Shown here piece by piece: positions 25,461-38,802 of a stretch of DNA of 64,000 nt (position 1 is the first letter of the stretch; every line of letters begins with the position of its first letter). Position numbers and translations under genes: made by a program. The stretch comes from Felis catus (taxonomy: Eukaryota). Below the pieces are notes generated by a model that had not been told where the DNA came from, did not search any database, and was given only the letters and a program-made list of their open reading frames with translations. The stretch spans positions 119,290,001 through 119,354,000 of the forward strand of contig NC_058368.1 in the NCBI RefSeq assembly GCF_018350175.1. Reading direction: 5' to 3'.

Positions 25461-27828
25461 TTTTTTTACTTTAATTCCAGTGTAGTTAACATACAGTGTA
25501 ATATTAATTCCAGGTGTACAATATGGTGATTTAGCACTTCCACACATCACCAGGTGCTCATCACAAGTGCACTACTTAATCCCTATCATCTATTTCACCC
25601 ATCCCCCCACCCACCTCCCCTCTGGTAACCAACAGTTTGTTCTGTATACAGTTAAGAGTCTGTTTCTTGATTTCTCTCTCTCTATCTCTCTTTTGCTCTT
25701 TTTTTGTTTCTTAAATTCCACATATAAGTGAAATCACATGGTATTTATCTTTCTCTCACATATTTTGCTTAGCATTATACTCTCTAGATCCATCCATGTT
25801 ATTGCAAATGGCAAGACTTCACTCCTTTATATGGCTGAATAATATTCCATTGTACATATATGTGTGTGTGTATATACACATATATGTATATACACATATA
25901 TACATATAAATATACCATATTCTTTTTGTCCATTCATCTGTAGAAGGACACTTGGGATGCTTACATAAGTAATGCTGCTAAAACACAGAGGTGCATGAAT
26001 CCCTTTGAGGTAGTATTTTTGTATTTTAGGGTAAATACCCAGTAGTGCAATTACTAGATCATAAGGTAGTTCTTTTCTTGATTTTTTGAGGAAACTCTAT
26101 ACTGTTTTCCAGACTGGTTGTACCAGTTTGCATTCCCACCAACACTGCATGAAGGTTCCTTTTTCTCTACATCCTCATCAACACTTGTTGTTTATTATGT
26201 TTTTGATTTTTGGCATCCTGACAGGTGTGAGGTGATATCTCATTATAGTTTTGATTTGCATTTCCCTGATGATGAGTGATGATCTTCTGATGTGTCTATT
26301 GGCCATCTGGATGTCTTCTTTGGATAAATGTCTGTTCATGTCTTTCGCCCATGTTTATATTGGATTATTTGAGGGTTTTTTGGTGCTGAGTTGCATCAAT
26401 TCTTTATATATTTTGGATACTAACCCTTTCTGGGATATATCATTTGCAAATATCTTCTCTCATTCAGTAGGTTGCCTTTTAGTTTTGTCGATGGTTTTCT
26501 TCACTGTGCAGGAACTTTTTATTTTGATGTAGTTCCAACAGTTAATTCTTGCTTTTATTTCTCTTGTCCCAGGAGACATTATCTAGAAAAATGTTGCTAG
26601 AGCTGATGTCAGAGAAATTATTGCCTGTGCTCTCTTCCAGGATTTTTAATGTTTTGGGTCTCACATTTAGGTCTTTAGTCCATTTGAATTTATTTTTGTG
26701 TATGGTGTAAGAAAGTGACCCAGTTTCATTCTTTTCATGCAGCTGTTCAGCTTTCCCAAAACCATTTGTTCAATAGACTGTCTTTTTCCCATTGGATATT
26801 CTTTTATCCTTTGTCAAAGATCAACTGACCATAAAATTGTGAGTTTCTTTGTGGATTTTCTATTCTGTTCCATTGGTCTATGTATCTATTTTTGTGCCAG
26901 TACCATACTGTTTTGATTATTACAGCTTTGTAATATAACTTGAAGTCTGGAATTGTGGTATCTCCAGTTTGTTTTTCTTTTTCAAGATTGCTCTGGCTCT
27001 TTGGGGTCTTTTGTGCTTCCATACAGATTTTAGGATTGTTTGTTCTAGCTCTGTGAAAACTGCTGTTGGTATTTTGATAGGGATCGCACCAAGTCTATAG
27101 ATCACTTTGGGTAGTATGGGCATTTTAACAATATTTGTTCTTCCAATCCATGAGTGTGGAATGTCTTCCATGTCTTTGTGTCATGTTCAATTTCTTTAAT
27201 CAATGTTTTGTAGTTTTCAGAATACAGGTCTTTCACCTCTTTGGTTAGTTTTATTTGTAGGTATTTTATTATCTTTGCGATTGTAAATGGGATTATTTTC
27301 TTAATTTCTCTTTCTGCCACTTCATTATTAGTGTATAGAAAAGCAACTGATTTCTTTACATTAATTTTATATCCTGCGACTTTACTGAATTCATTTATTA
27401 GTTCTAGTAATTTTGGTGGAGTTTTTAAGATTTTCTTTATACAGTATCATGACACCTTCAAATAGTGAAAGTATTACTTCTTCCTTACCAGTTTGGGTGC
27501 CTTTTATTTGTTTGTGTTGTCTGATTGTTATGCCTAGGACTTCTAGTACTATGTTGAATAAAAGTTGTAAGAGTGCATACCCTTGTCTTGTTCTTAACCT
27601 TAGGGGAGAGGCTCTCACTTTTGCCCCATTGAGTATGATGTTTGCTGTCGGTTTTTCATACAAGGCCTTGATATGTTGAATATGTTTCCTCCAGACCTAC
27701 TTTATTGAGGGTTTTTACAATGAATGCATTGTTGTACTTTGTCAGATGCTTTTTCTGCATCTATTAAAATGATCACGTTGTCTATCCTTTCTTTTACTGA
27801 CATGATGTATCATGTTATTGATTTGCAT
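25461..27828 (-). mobile_element. 5'-truncated carnivore L1 (3' part of ORF2 plus 3'UTR), frameshifted
   Basis: ORF2 peptides [58 protein letters not shown]; carnivore-type 3'UTR ending in a T-rich tail on plus. Confidence 0.95.
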
Positions 27829-27899
27829 GAATGGCATACATTTTGATTTCAGTTTTCCTTGTTGTTATTCATAAATTTAAAAAATGTGGCTATCAATGT

Positions 27900-29600
27900 T
27901 ATGAATGAAACCATATGTATTGTATTCCTTCATAAAAATGCAGAAATCCACTAATTTTTCTAACTACCCCGATGTCCTTCTATGCTATGTATATTCTGGG
28001 ACTTTTGACACAAACATGTATGACTGTAAATTATTATTTTTGTAGTATTATACATTTCCTTTTAATGAATTTTTATGAACCATTCTATATCGAAATGGCA
28101 TTAATCTTCCCGGTTAACTTTTTGTTAAATAACTTAGTTATTCTTTGTTTTGATACATCATTTTGTCCTGATGAACTTTGCCTTCAGAAACTTGTATTTT
28201 GTTATTACTTTGATTTATTATGTTCTCTTAAATATTTTAGTTTTTCTTAGTATTTGACTTTTAATGTTGTATGGAAGATCTCTGAGGGCAAGTTGATTTT
28301 TTTCTAAGTAATTCTTCTCCCCCCAGAGAACCCAAGCCTCTGCCTCTTTGTAGGAAACGGTCTTTACTTTTGAAATTCATTTATATAACCAAGATATGCA
28401 TTAGTGCCAATCTCATTTTACCAAATGTGCTTGCTACATGACAACACTTTTGACCTGCAGATCCAGATCTTCAGCACAGGACAGTATTTTTCTACAGTGT
28501 CTAACTTTTATTTCAATTTCATGTGTTTCTCCCTCATTTTCATCTGTCTTTTCAACCTAGGAGGATGATTCAATCTTTTCCTTTATGTGACCAGTTCAGT
28601 TTTCCGCAGTTGTGATTCTACTCTTTATTAACAATCACGTAGTTAAAAGTTTTAGTTGTAGTAATACTAGTTTCTTCATATTTCTTCACCAAGTCATTCC
28701 TTTACGTTTCCATCTGAGCCTCTCACCTAATATTTGGTCTTTATCTCAGAGGCTAAGTTTTATTGAATTTTATTGTGAGCATGAAGCAGATGTTATCTGA
28801 ACTTTATTCTTGCAGTATTTCTTTTTCAGATGGATGCTCTTTCTCTATTTCTTGATTACAATGGTATCTATATTTATTTTTCAGAATGTTCTTATAGATT
28901 CTGTATTGCTAATACGTCCTTTAACATGAGAATTGAATTTAGGCCTCATATTAGATCTAAAACAGGCAGGCAGATTGTGTGGGTTCTAGTCATACACCTA
29001 GACCATGCTGGTATATTCCAGCAATGCTTAAGTTAGCGGCTCAGTTGGTATAAGTTTCCATGATTATGTCAGTGGTTACCCTAGCTGGCTGGGAATGGAG
29101 AAAGATTTAGGGTTGTGGGCAGGTCCAGAAGAACCAGTTTATTTATGAACCATTTCTTCCTTGTTTTTGGTGAGGAGATGGAACCAGGAATCACCTTTAT
29201 CTCTCTCTGTGTTTTTATGATTTTGTCCAGTTTTCACTCCTTGTCCTCAGTGTGTGTGTGTGTGTGTGTGTGGCCTCTTTATTGCCATCAAGAATCTTGG
29301 GAGAGCTCTGCCACATTAAGGTGGTGTCAGCCACTCTGAGGTTTTCCTTTAATGGGGTCACAAGTCTTGTTAACCTCCCCAAAAGAGCCACTTTGAAAGC
29401 TTTTCATCCATAGTGGCAGAGTGGTTCCCAACAATGAATTCCCTAGGTCTTTTCCTTCCCACCTTTGCCTCAGATGATCATCTCCTCCTCCAGTTAGGAT
29501 TGTGGGTGGATTCTGTCAATTGCCTTAATAGATACTTTTTAAATTTAATTTTCGTTGAATTGTCTACCTATAATTTTAAGTAGAAAGAGCACAGAAAATC
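27900..29600 (-). mobile_element. Very old HAL1/L1M-like fragment
   Basis: T-rich strand bias; gatctctgagggcaagttgatttt and accaagatatg...ctgcagatccagatc resemble reverse HAL1/L1M ORF1 sequence. Confidence 0.4.
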
Positions 29601-30199
29601 CCTAGTGATGTAACATGTATAAAGCATCACTTCTGATAATCAGTTCAACTTCAGCGATGGCATTGCATAGGGAAATCCAGCATTCTCTCTCTGCAGCAGC
29701 AAATTTCAGGCGAAACAGAATTTACGGTAATCATCATTCCATGCCATTGAGCAGCCTCCTTCCTTAAAGGAAAAGCTACCAATAGAAATATTGACAATAG
29801 ATAATCAGCATCTGGTTACAAAACTTGAGCAATTCTCAGACAATGGCTTAGAAATGCTTGGAGTGGTGACAGCATTAAAAAATTCTAATCGTGTTCTGAG
29901 AAACCTCTTCTACTTAGGTCATAACTATGTACTCTTGAAATCATGACAGAATTGTCTCCCAAAGCCTTTCCAAAAAACTTCTAGGTTCCACCCTCTGCCC
30001 CATTAACTACTGATCCTCCTGAGCACCTGTGCCCAGACCAAGAGGCCTCTTAAAATCACTATTTTATAAATTCTTTAATCCTTCATGCTCCAAAAAGGCC
30101 CAGAGTGTGTGTTATCTCCAGCTCTTAATTACTTGTCGGGGGCACAATGGAGCTTCTAGATACTGTGTGTTTAAAAAAAGGATAAGTGAGCAGCCTAGG

Positions 30200-31150
30200 T
30201 AAAGAACTACTGCAAATCAATAAGAAAAAGACCATCAGCCATATGGAATAATAAGCAGAAGATATAAGATATAAGATTTCACAGAAGAAATCCAAATGGC
30301 CAAGAAGTATATGAGAGATGCTCAACCTTATTAGCATTCAGAAGAATAAAAATTAAAACCAAATGATCCATAAAACAGATGAACCATTCCATAACCATGA
30401 AATTGGCAGAATTTAAGAAGTTTGCTGATACCAAGTGATGGTAGAGAAAGGGAACTCACCATCACTGATGGCAGCAGTGCTAACTGGGGTAGTCACCTCG
30501 GGAGGTGATTTGGGGATATTAAGCATGGCTCAAAATTCCCATAGCCTAAGACCCTCAATCTTACTTCTGGGTTTATAACTTAGTGAAACTTTTACACATG
30601 TGCAAAAGGGAAACATGCCAAAGAATGTTCTCTGCAGCATTGTTTTTAATAACAAAAAATTGGAAACAACTCAAATGTTCATCTGTCAGAGAATAGGGAT
30701 TAATAAATTGTGATATATTGATAACAGTGGAATGGTGAGCAACAGCTAAAATGAATGAGCAATATTTTCATATATCAATATGAACAGATCTTAAAAACTG
30801 TTGCATGAGAAAAAGCAAGTTACATTTTTATACCATTTATTTAAATTAAAAATGGTAAGCATGGTAATGCTCTACAGCATTTATGGATATATGTAGACAT
30901 ACACACTCACAGGAAAAGTTTAAAAACGTGGATTAGACACCATCTATATTTACAATGAACCTTGCTTTCTGGGATTGGATGTTTGCTGACAGGAACAGAG
31001 TGGTGTCAACCTTCTCTGTAACGTGTATATTTATTTCTTTAAATAAAAATGCTCTTGCAGTAACTATTGCAAAATCTGTTCATTCTGAGTGGGGAGTACA
31101 TCACTATTTGTTGAATTATGCTTTGTAAATGTTAGTTTAGTTTAGTTTTG
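30200..31150 (+). mobile_element. L1ME-type 3' fragment
   Basis: caaatcaataagaaaaagac...ttcacagaagaaatccaaatggcc...gatgctcaacc...ttggaaacaactcaaatgttcatc. Confidence 0.8.
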
Positions 31151-32082
31151 TTTTCCATTAAAAACATCCCAGACATTTTATCCTCCAGGTCCATGGTGTC
31201 CTGTAACTAAATCCCTTGGGAACCAGAGCACCTGAAAGATGATAAGGGCTTCCCTTTCCCCCTCTGCACCTTGAGGAGCTGCTTGGTTAGACACTAATTC
31301 CATCTTGACAAAGTTTTTCTGGCAGCATTCTGCTCAACTGCACATATGGTAAATACCCTTAAAAGGCAATATCAATCCAGCTGTGAGGGGTGGAGGGAGG
31401 GGGACTATTTAAGCATTGCAATTCATCTGCAGTGATTTATAATTTTTAAAATATTTTACCATGTTAGAATACTACCTGAATATAAAACAACTCAAATGAG
31501 ACATTTATGTACTCAGACAGCATTCCTATTTGTCTCATCTGTATCCATGGTGGGTATTCTCAGGAGTGCACAATTCTCTAAAAAGTAAATTGTGGTCTCC
31601 TTATTTTAAAACATGGCAACATCAGAGGTGGACACGTGTTCTTCTGACTCTCCACATTTAATAATCATCCTATTCCCGAACTAAAAGCAAGAGCCTGAGT
31701 ATTATGAAAAATAAAATCAAGGGGAAGAAGTGCACTTCTTTGGACTTCATCAGAATTAGCTGGAGTGTTTTGAAGTGTTTGAAAGGAAATTTTGCCTTGC
31801 CCAGGGCTGGAGTGAGGGCTGGAATTGAAGAGAGGGGATCAATATGGGAGCCGTCCCAGCTCTGCCTAAAGTGCTGTGGTGATTAGAGGAAATGGCTTAT
31901 CATTTCTTCTTACAATGTGGAAAAGAAACCATTTGTGGAATCAATAGAAGGCTGGCAGAGCCCATCAGCTGTAGTTCTGAGCTATGTATCTTCATTACTA
32001 TGAGGTACATGAATCAGAAGGAACCTGAATCCCACAACCCCGTGCACTATCCCACATAAATGCATCACACTGGTTATCAGAC

Positions 32083-32275
32083 ATACATATTATGCATATA
32101 TTATACATATGTGGTTGTTAACAAATTATATGTTATAATATATATTATATGTTGGGCATATATGGTTATTATATATATTATCCACATATTATATATCCAT
32201 ATATGACATATATGGTTATTATATATTTTATAATATATAATATATATCATATGTGAGGCATATATGGTTACTACA
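32083..32275. repeat. TA-rich ~51-bp minisatellite (4 units)
   Basis: Anchor catat(a/g)tggtt at 32106, 32157, 32207, 32259. Confidence 0.8.
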
Positions 32276-33619
32276 TGCCAAGGGAAGCTGGACGTTAATT
32301 TGTCTAACAGGGAAACAAATGCTGGTTTTGTTTTTATTGTCTGGATAGCTTAATAGTTTCCTTATGAGAAAATTCCAAATCTATTGTGGCTCCATTACAA
32401 GGACCAGCAGGAAGAGTGGAAGGATACAAAATATATTTACTCTGACCATGAGGTGTGCAATCATTTCAGCTGCTGGAAAACTTTGGGAACTTCAAATAGC
32501 TAATGTGAAGTCAAGAAGAAGAGAACTTTTTCCCCGTTAGCACTGTATAGGGACCACTGAAAAAGAACACATAGAAAATGCTTGTGCCCTTGCAAAACAG
32601 CCAAGGCACAGCTGACATAAGACCCCCTTTCATCCTGCCAGTTATTTCTGGGCTAGAATGTTTAAATAAGTACAAGATGGATAGTTCCTCAGGATTTTGG
32701 AGCTGAACAGAGAACCTTTTAGCTGAGGCAGGGTGCAACTGTAGAGGCAGCCACACTGCAAGGAAAAAGTTTTCAACCATGGAGGTTTGGCTCAGAAAGC
32801 AGTAGCTGGGCAGCTGGACTCCAAAGACTCACACCTTTCAACTAGTAAAATCTGTTTATAGGTCCTTGAAAATATTGGATCCCTGTAGTCTGGCCTGGCT
32901 AGGGAATTGTATTGCAGTATCAACAAGCCATACTGAACTTGAACCTTTTCCTTCTAAGTAATTCAAATACACCCCAAGATACTTACTAGGACTTTGGGAG
33001 CCATGTAAACAACAGCCCACTTCCCCCTCTGGGGTCAGATCTCACTGAGAAATGTAGCACTAGAAATGAGATTGTTAAAGACCAAAATGCCAGGTTTTAA
33101 TAACGAAGTTGAGTTGGACATAATGTGGATCTGTGACCACCAACACTTTTCTCTCGGAATGAAACCCTCCCAACCAGCCAGGGCAGAGGGGGACAGCTTC
33201 AGGCCTCTGGCTGGGCAGGCCACTGCAGAGATGAAGCTGCTCCCACAGAAAGAATGCTGAGCCCCAGAGCCAGGCCCTTATCCCCAACTTACGCAACTGG
33301 TCAGAGAGGGGGAGAAGAAGAAGGAAGGGAGCAGGGAGAAAAGTCCAACTGTTTCACTCACACTTTTCCTTTCTAGGGGAATGTGTCCCTCTACAGAAGT
33401 ACAAAAAGTGTTACAGTGTTTGTAATTGACTAAAGCTCATTATAATGCACATCCTGGAGGTCAGTCTAGTTAACCCAAATGGAAATACATACTTTAGCAT
33501 TGCTGGGAACACTCAAATCTCCCCACTGGAAAATTATAAATTAGTAGTTGTTGGGAATCAACAACACCAACCCATCTTCCATATTACAGATATAAAATCA
33601 AGGACCTCCTAAGACCCAC

Positions 33620-33840
33620 TTGCTCATGGGTTATTACATAACCAGTGCAATTCCAAGCACATGTGTTATCTCATTTGATCCCTATCATCATGGTGAAATT
33701 AGCATATTGTCATTTCCATTTTAGAGATGATAAAATTATTACCTCAGGAAAGACTTATCCAAGGTCACTTAGGGAGTGAGTAGTAGAGCAAGGACTCAAA
33801 CCCAGGCACTGGGGTCCACAGTCCAGCCTTCTTCACCATG
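33620..33840 (-). mobile_element. MIR
   Basis: atctcatttgatcc...ccattttagagatga...acttatccaaggtcac...gactcaaacccagg. Confidence 0.7.
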
Positions 33841-34943
33841 TCAGGGCTCAGAGTCCTTTAGAGAAGAGCCTGTCTAACCTTCCCATTCCACTGCAAGGGA
33901 AACAGGTCCAGAAGTCAGTGGGTTCTTGATTGGACTTATTTTATAAATGTAGCTCATTTTGCCTAAATATTCTTCCAGATGGTGGATTTGTTGAGTACTT
34001 TCCAGAAGAAATGGATCAATTCATCTCTTCTCCTTCCACATAAGTGCTCGATAAATAACACAATAAAGCCTTTGACTTCTCACACTATTAAGGATGAATA
34101 TGAGAAAATTTGGTTGGTTCAGTTAACACACTACAATTTCATTTACTGAGATGATTTTCAATGAAAAACTTATTAACCAAGCACAGAGATAATAAGGAAG
34201 TCCAAATGCCAAAATATGATATTCTTTAATTACATGAAGAAATCTTTGGAAACAAAGGCTGTGGAATATATTTTGACTTCTCTATAATAAAAATGTAGCC
34301 CTACTGAATTTTAATTACAGGAATTATTGATCCCTGAAATATAAGAGGTGGGAAAATATTTTCATTAAATAAAATTACAATAACTTTAATAGTGAGCTAC
34401 AGTGGGGTCATCCAATATTTTTGGTGTCTATGCAGAGTACATGAAATGGACAATACAGTTAATTTGAATCATGTAGAAAGTCATGATATACTGAACCTTA
34501 TCATCTGCCTACTCCCCTCATCCAAATACATACAAGAGAAGCCTTGGGGAGGGGCAGTGTGACAGAGTTACACGGAAACAACTAAAACAAAGAAAGATGG
34601 CCAGGACATGGGATTGTGAACCACTGTATCTTGCCACATCACTGTCCCAGAGAACCATGGGGGTAATTCATCAATAGAATAAGAAAATTAGCCTGGAAAA
34701 CCTATAGTACCTATAATGCTGAGATTTTGCCTCCCAAGTCCTAACGTTAAACTTGGTTAAGCTAGGCCAGGTCATAGGCAGATTCTTTTCATTGAGACTA
34801 GATAGGCTCAAGTCTAGAACTAACCAGGCTGAAGTTTCACCTTTTTCTCTAAATCTCAAGGCCATATTCCTAAATTTTACCATTTCCACGTGGAGTTGGC
34901 TGGTCTGAAGCACACCTGCCAGCAAGGGAGCCCTGAGGAAGTC

Positions 34944-35268
34944 AGGGACACCTACTGGTAGCCCACAGACTGTAGCTGGCCTGAAAATACGTTTTATTTG
35001 ACTTCAACAGGTTTTAAAATTATAATTAATTTTAAACTCAAGAGATATTTTACATGAAATAATTAGATTTCTAGCTTTCTTAAAGAGTTGGCAGATCTGG
35101 GTAACTGGGCCCACGTGCTTCCAGGAGGCTGGAGCTGCATCATGGTTGCCCCTTTGATGAGTTATGGAAACCCCCATGCACACAGGGCCCTTGAGCCTGG
35201 TTTGTCCACACCACCACCTCATATGTTAATTGCTCAGTTCTATAGTATTTGACTTTATAACTTTTCTG
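34944..35268 (+). mobile_element. MER102-like hAT-Charlie relic
   Basis: tagcccacagac...cgttttatttg...atttctagctttcttaaagagttggcagatctgggtaactgggccc...ggctggagctg. Confidence 0.6.
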
Positions 35269-36969
35269 ATCCAGATTGCTGGAAACTCCTGGGAAATAAA
35301 ACTCAACAAAGAGGTAGACACTCTCTCAACTCAACTCTGGCAGTCTATCCTAATCATGTCCTTGGTTTTGGGCAGCACTGTCCCTCCTTTGAGAAGAGAG
35401 TGACACCTAACTTGGCAACTATCCTCATGGGATGAGGAGGAGGAAGAGGAAAAGAAGGAAGACAAGAAGAGGAGGAGGAAGAGGGGAGAAAGAGAGGGAA
35501 AGATTGGAGGGAAGTGTTGACCCTGCTGGAGGTCAACATGGTGTCTATAATAGGTGTATAATAAATGCTCTTAGTCCTTGACAACAAATATGAAACCATC
35601 ATTCAATTTTGTCAATTCTACCCAAACACAACCAATTCTATGGGGGAAAAAAAAGCAGTCAGTAAAAAGTAGATCAGCCAATCCTACTTTTTTGACCCAA
35701 TTGACTATTAGCCTTCGTGCTCGCATTTACTTTAGTGAAAAGGTCACCTTTATTTCTAGGATAATTAAAAGATCTTACTAGTCTGACCAGTGACTATAAA
35801 ATGTAGCTTTCCTCCTTCATTTGTAAAGTTGCATCAGGTAACTGTCTCATCTGACACAGGAGAAAGCACACCAGGAATCACAGGACCATCACCAGTATTC
35901 ACCATTAAAAGGCTTGCAAATGAGTTAACCGTGATTTATTCAGGGTTCTCAGAGTAATTCACTCCCATTTCCTTCATGCCTGAATAATGAGCTTCATATC
36001 TTTTTGAGTGGATAATATTTCTAATGTGACCTGATAATTCATTTCACACCATCTTGTTATAATAACTCCTTTTTGTATTAAAGCTGTGTGCACAAAGGAA
36101 TAAATAAATGGATAAAATCCTTTGGACCAAATTCCTGTGCTGCAGGATGGGTTCATGTACATTAAGGAGATCTGGATCACTGTCTCAGGTCTGCCATCAG
36201 CCATTGAATGACTCGGCACAGTCACTACCCCTCTGTGGGCCTCAGGGTTTCAGCAGTGAAAAGAAGATGTGAACTAGTTCCTCAGATACTCTGCAGCTGT
36301 TCCCCTTTCAGAGGCAAAGAGTTGTGGGAAGGGTCCCTAAAGTCAAGACAGGCCACTACCACTGAGGACTAACACGTGAGCAGATACAAGAGAAGTATGA
36401 GTTTCCCCTCTGCATTTCTGTGTACAAAGACCTCCTATTCAATTTGATCACTTAAGTATGTTGAAAAAATATAGTTAAACCAAGAAATCATAATGATTGA
36501 CACATACCTTAAGTATTTTAACACATATAGATGTTCATTTATTTCCCAATTTTTCATAAGCCAAAACCCTTTCTTCGGTTTTGGGTCTGCTGATTGCAGT
36601 CACCCATCAGGAACTGTCTATGATTTTCAGCTTTGATTTGTTTGAAGGGGAAAAATAACTTAAAAATCTTTGCGAAGGTATGTGACTTACAAAATTTTTC
36701 TGAATTTTATAATTTTGTATCATTTTCTGATTGTCTCTCACCCACACCTAATTTATTGACATTTTCTAGTTGTTTACCTTTATCAAGACTCCTAAGTCAA
36801 CTCATTTTTCACAAGAATAAACACTGTTTATACCTTCACCTTTCATTAGTTTATATATATATTATATATTTTTTTTTATTTCACCTTCACTTGTAACTAG
36901 TTTATATATATAATATATAACATATATAAATGTATATTATACATAATATATATATATTATATATATATA

Positions 36970-37160
36970 TTTTTTAGTTTTTATTTAAATTCCAGTTAGT
37001 TAGCATACAGTATAATATTAGCTTCAGGTATACAATTTAACTGATTCAACACTGGCATACAACAGCGGGTGCTCATCACAAGTGCACTCCTAAATACCCA
37101 TCTCTCATTTCACCCATTCCTCTACCCAGCTCCCATCTGGTAACCATATATATACATATA

Positions 37161-37209
<49 letters not shown>

Positions 37210-38699
37210 CTTCTCTGCCATCAGACACATCACACACACACACATATATATACATATATATATATATACACACACACACACATATACACACAGACACATA
37301 AATATACACATCACATCTTTACCCATTCATCAGTCGATGGACATTTTGGGCTCTTTTTGTAATTTGGCTATTGTTGATAATGCATTGGGGTGCATGCATC
37401 CCTTCAAATCAGTATTTTTGTATCCTTTAGGTAAATACCCAGTAATGTAAATGCTGGATCATAGGATAGTTCTATTTTCAACTTTTTGAGGAAACACCAT
37501 ACTGTTCTCCAGAGTGGCTGCACCAGTTTGCATTTCCACCAATACTTTAAGAGTGTTCTCCTTTTCCTACATCCTCACCAACACCTGTCATTCCCCCCGG
37601 AGTTGTTGATTTTAGCCATTCTGATGGGTATGAGGTGCTATCTCATCATAGCTTTGATTTGTATTTCCTTGATGATGAGTGATGTTGAGCAGCTTTTCAT
37701 GTGTCTGTTGGCCATATGTATGTCTTCTTTAGATAAATGTCTATTCATATCTTCTGCCAAATTTTTAAAAGTGGATTATTTGTTTTTTGGATGCTGAGTT
37801 TGATAAGTTCTTTATATATATTGGATACTAACTCTTTACTAGATATGTCTTTTACAAATATCTTCTCCCATTCAGTAGGTTGCCTTTTAGTTTTGTTGAT
37901 TATTTCCTTTGATTCACAGAAGCTTTTTATTTTGATGTAGTCCCAATAGTTTATTTTTGCTGTTGTTTCCCTTGCCTCAGGAGACATATCTAGCAAGAAC
38001 TTGCTATAGCCAATGTCAAAGAGGTTACCACCTGTGTTCTCCTCTAGAATTTTAATGGTTTTCTACCTCACATTTAGGTCTTTCATCCATTTTGCATTTA
38101 TTTTTGTGTATGGTGTAAGAAAGTAGTCCAGCTTCATTCTTTTTCATGTTGCTGTAGAGTTTTCCTAACACTATTTGTTGAAGAGACTGTTTTTCTTTCC
38201 ATTGGATATTCTTCCCTGCTTTGTCAACGGTTAACTGGCCATACAGTTGTGGCTTCATTTCTGGGTTTTCTATTCTGTTCCATTGATCTATGCATCTATT
38301 TTTGTGCTGTTTTGATTGTGCTGTTTTGTACTGATTTGATGCATACTGTTTTGATTATTACAGCTTTGTAATATAACTTGAAGTCCAGAAGTTTGAAGCC
38401 TCCAGCTTTGCTTTTCTTTTTCAAGGTTGATTTCACTATGCAGGGTCTTTTCTGGTTCCATACAAATATTAGGATTGTTTGCTCTAGCTCTGTGAAAAAT
38501 TCTGGTTGTATTTGGATAGGGGTTGCATTAAATGTGTGGATTACTTTGAGTAATAGAGACATTGATATTTGTTCTTCTAATTCATGAGCATGGAATGTTT
38601 TTCCACTTCTTTGTGTCATCTTCAATTTCTTTCCTCAGTATTTTACAGTTTTCAGAGTATAAATCTTTTACTGTATTCCCAGTATCTTGTGGGTTTTGG
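36970..38699 (-). mobile_element. Carnivore L1 3' portion (ORF2 end plus 3'UTR), the L1 half of a U6/L1 chimera
   Basis: Peptides [28 protein letters not shown]...[39 protein letters not shown]; 3'UTR partly replaced by a CA/TA microsatellite (37148-37310). Confidence 0.95.
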
Positions 38700-38802
38700 A
38701 AAAATCTGGAACGCTTCAAAAATCTGCATGCCATCCTTATGCACGGGCTGTGTGAATCTTCTATCATTCTAATTTTAGTAAATGTGTTGCTGAAGAGAGC
38801 AC
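38700..38802 (-). pseudogene. RNU6: Full-length diverged U6 snRNA copy fused 5' of L1
   Basis: Reverse complement gtgctctcttcagcaacacatttactaaaattagaatgatagaagatt...aaggatggcatgcagatttttgaagcgttccagattttt; 4-nt deletion in the ACAGAGA box; ends in 5 T. Confidence 0.93.
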
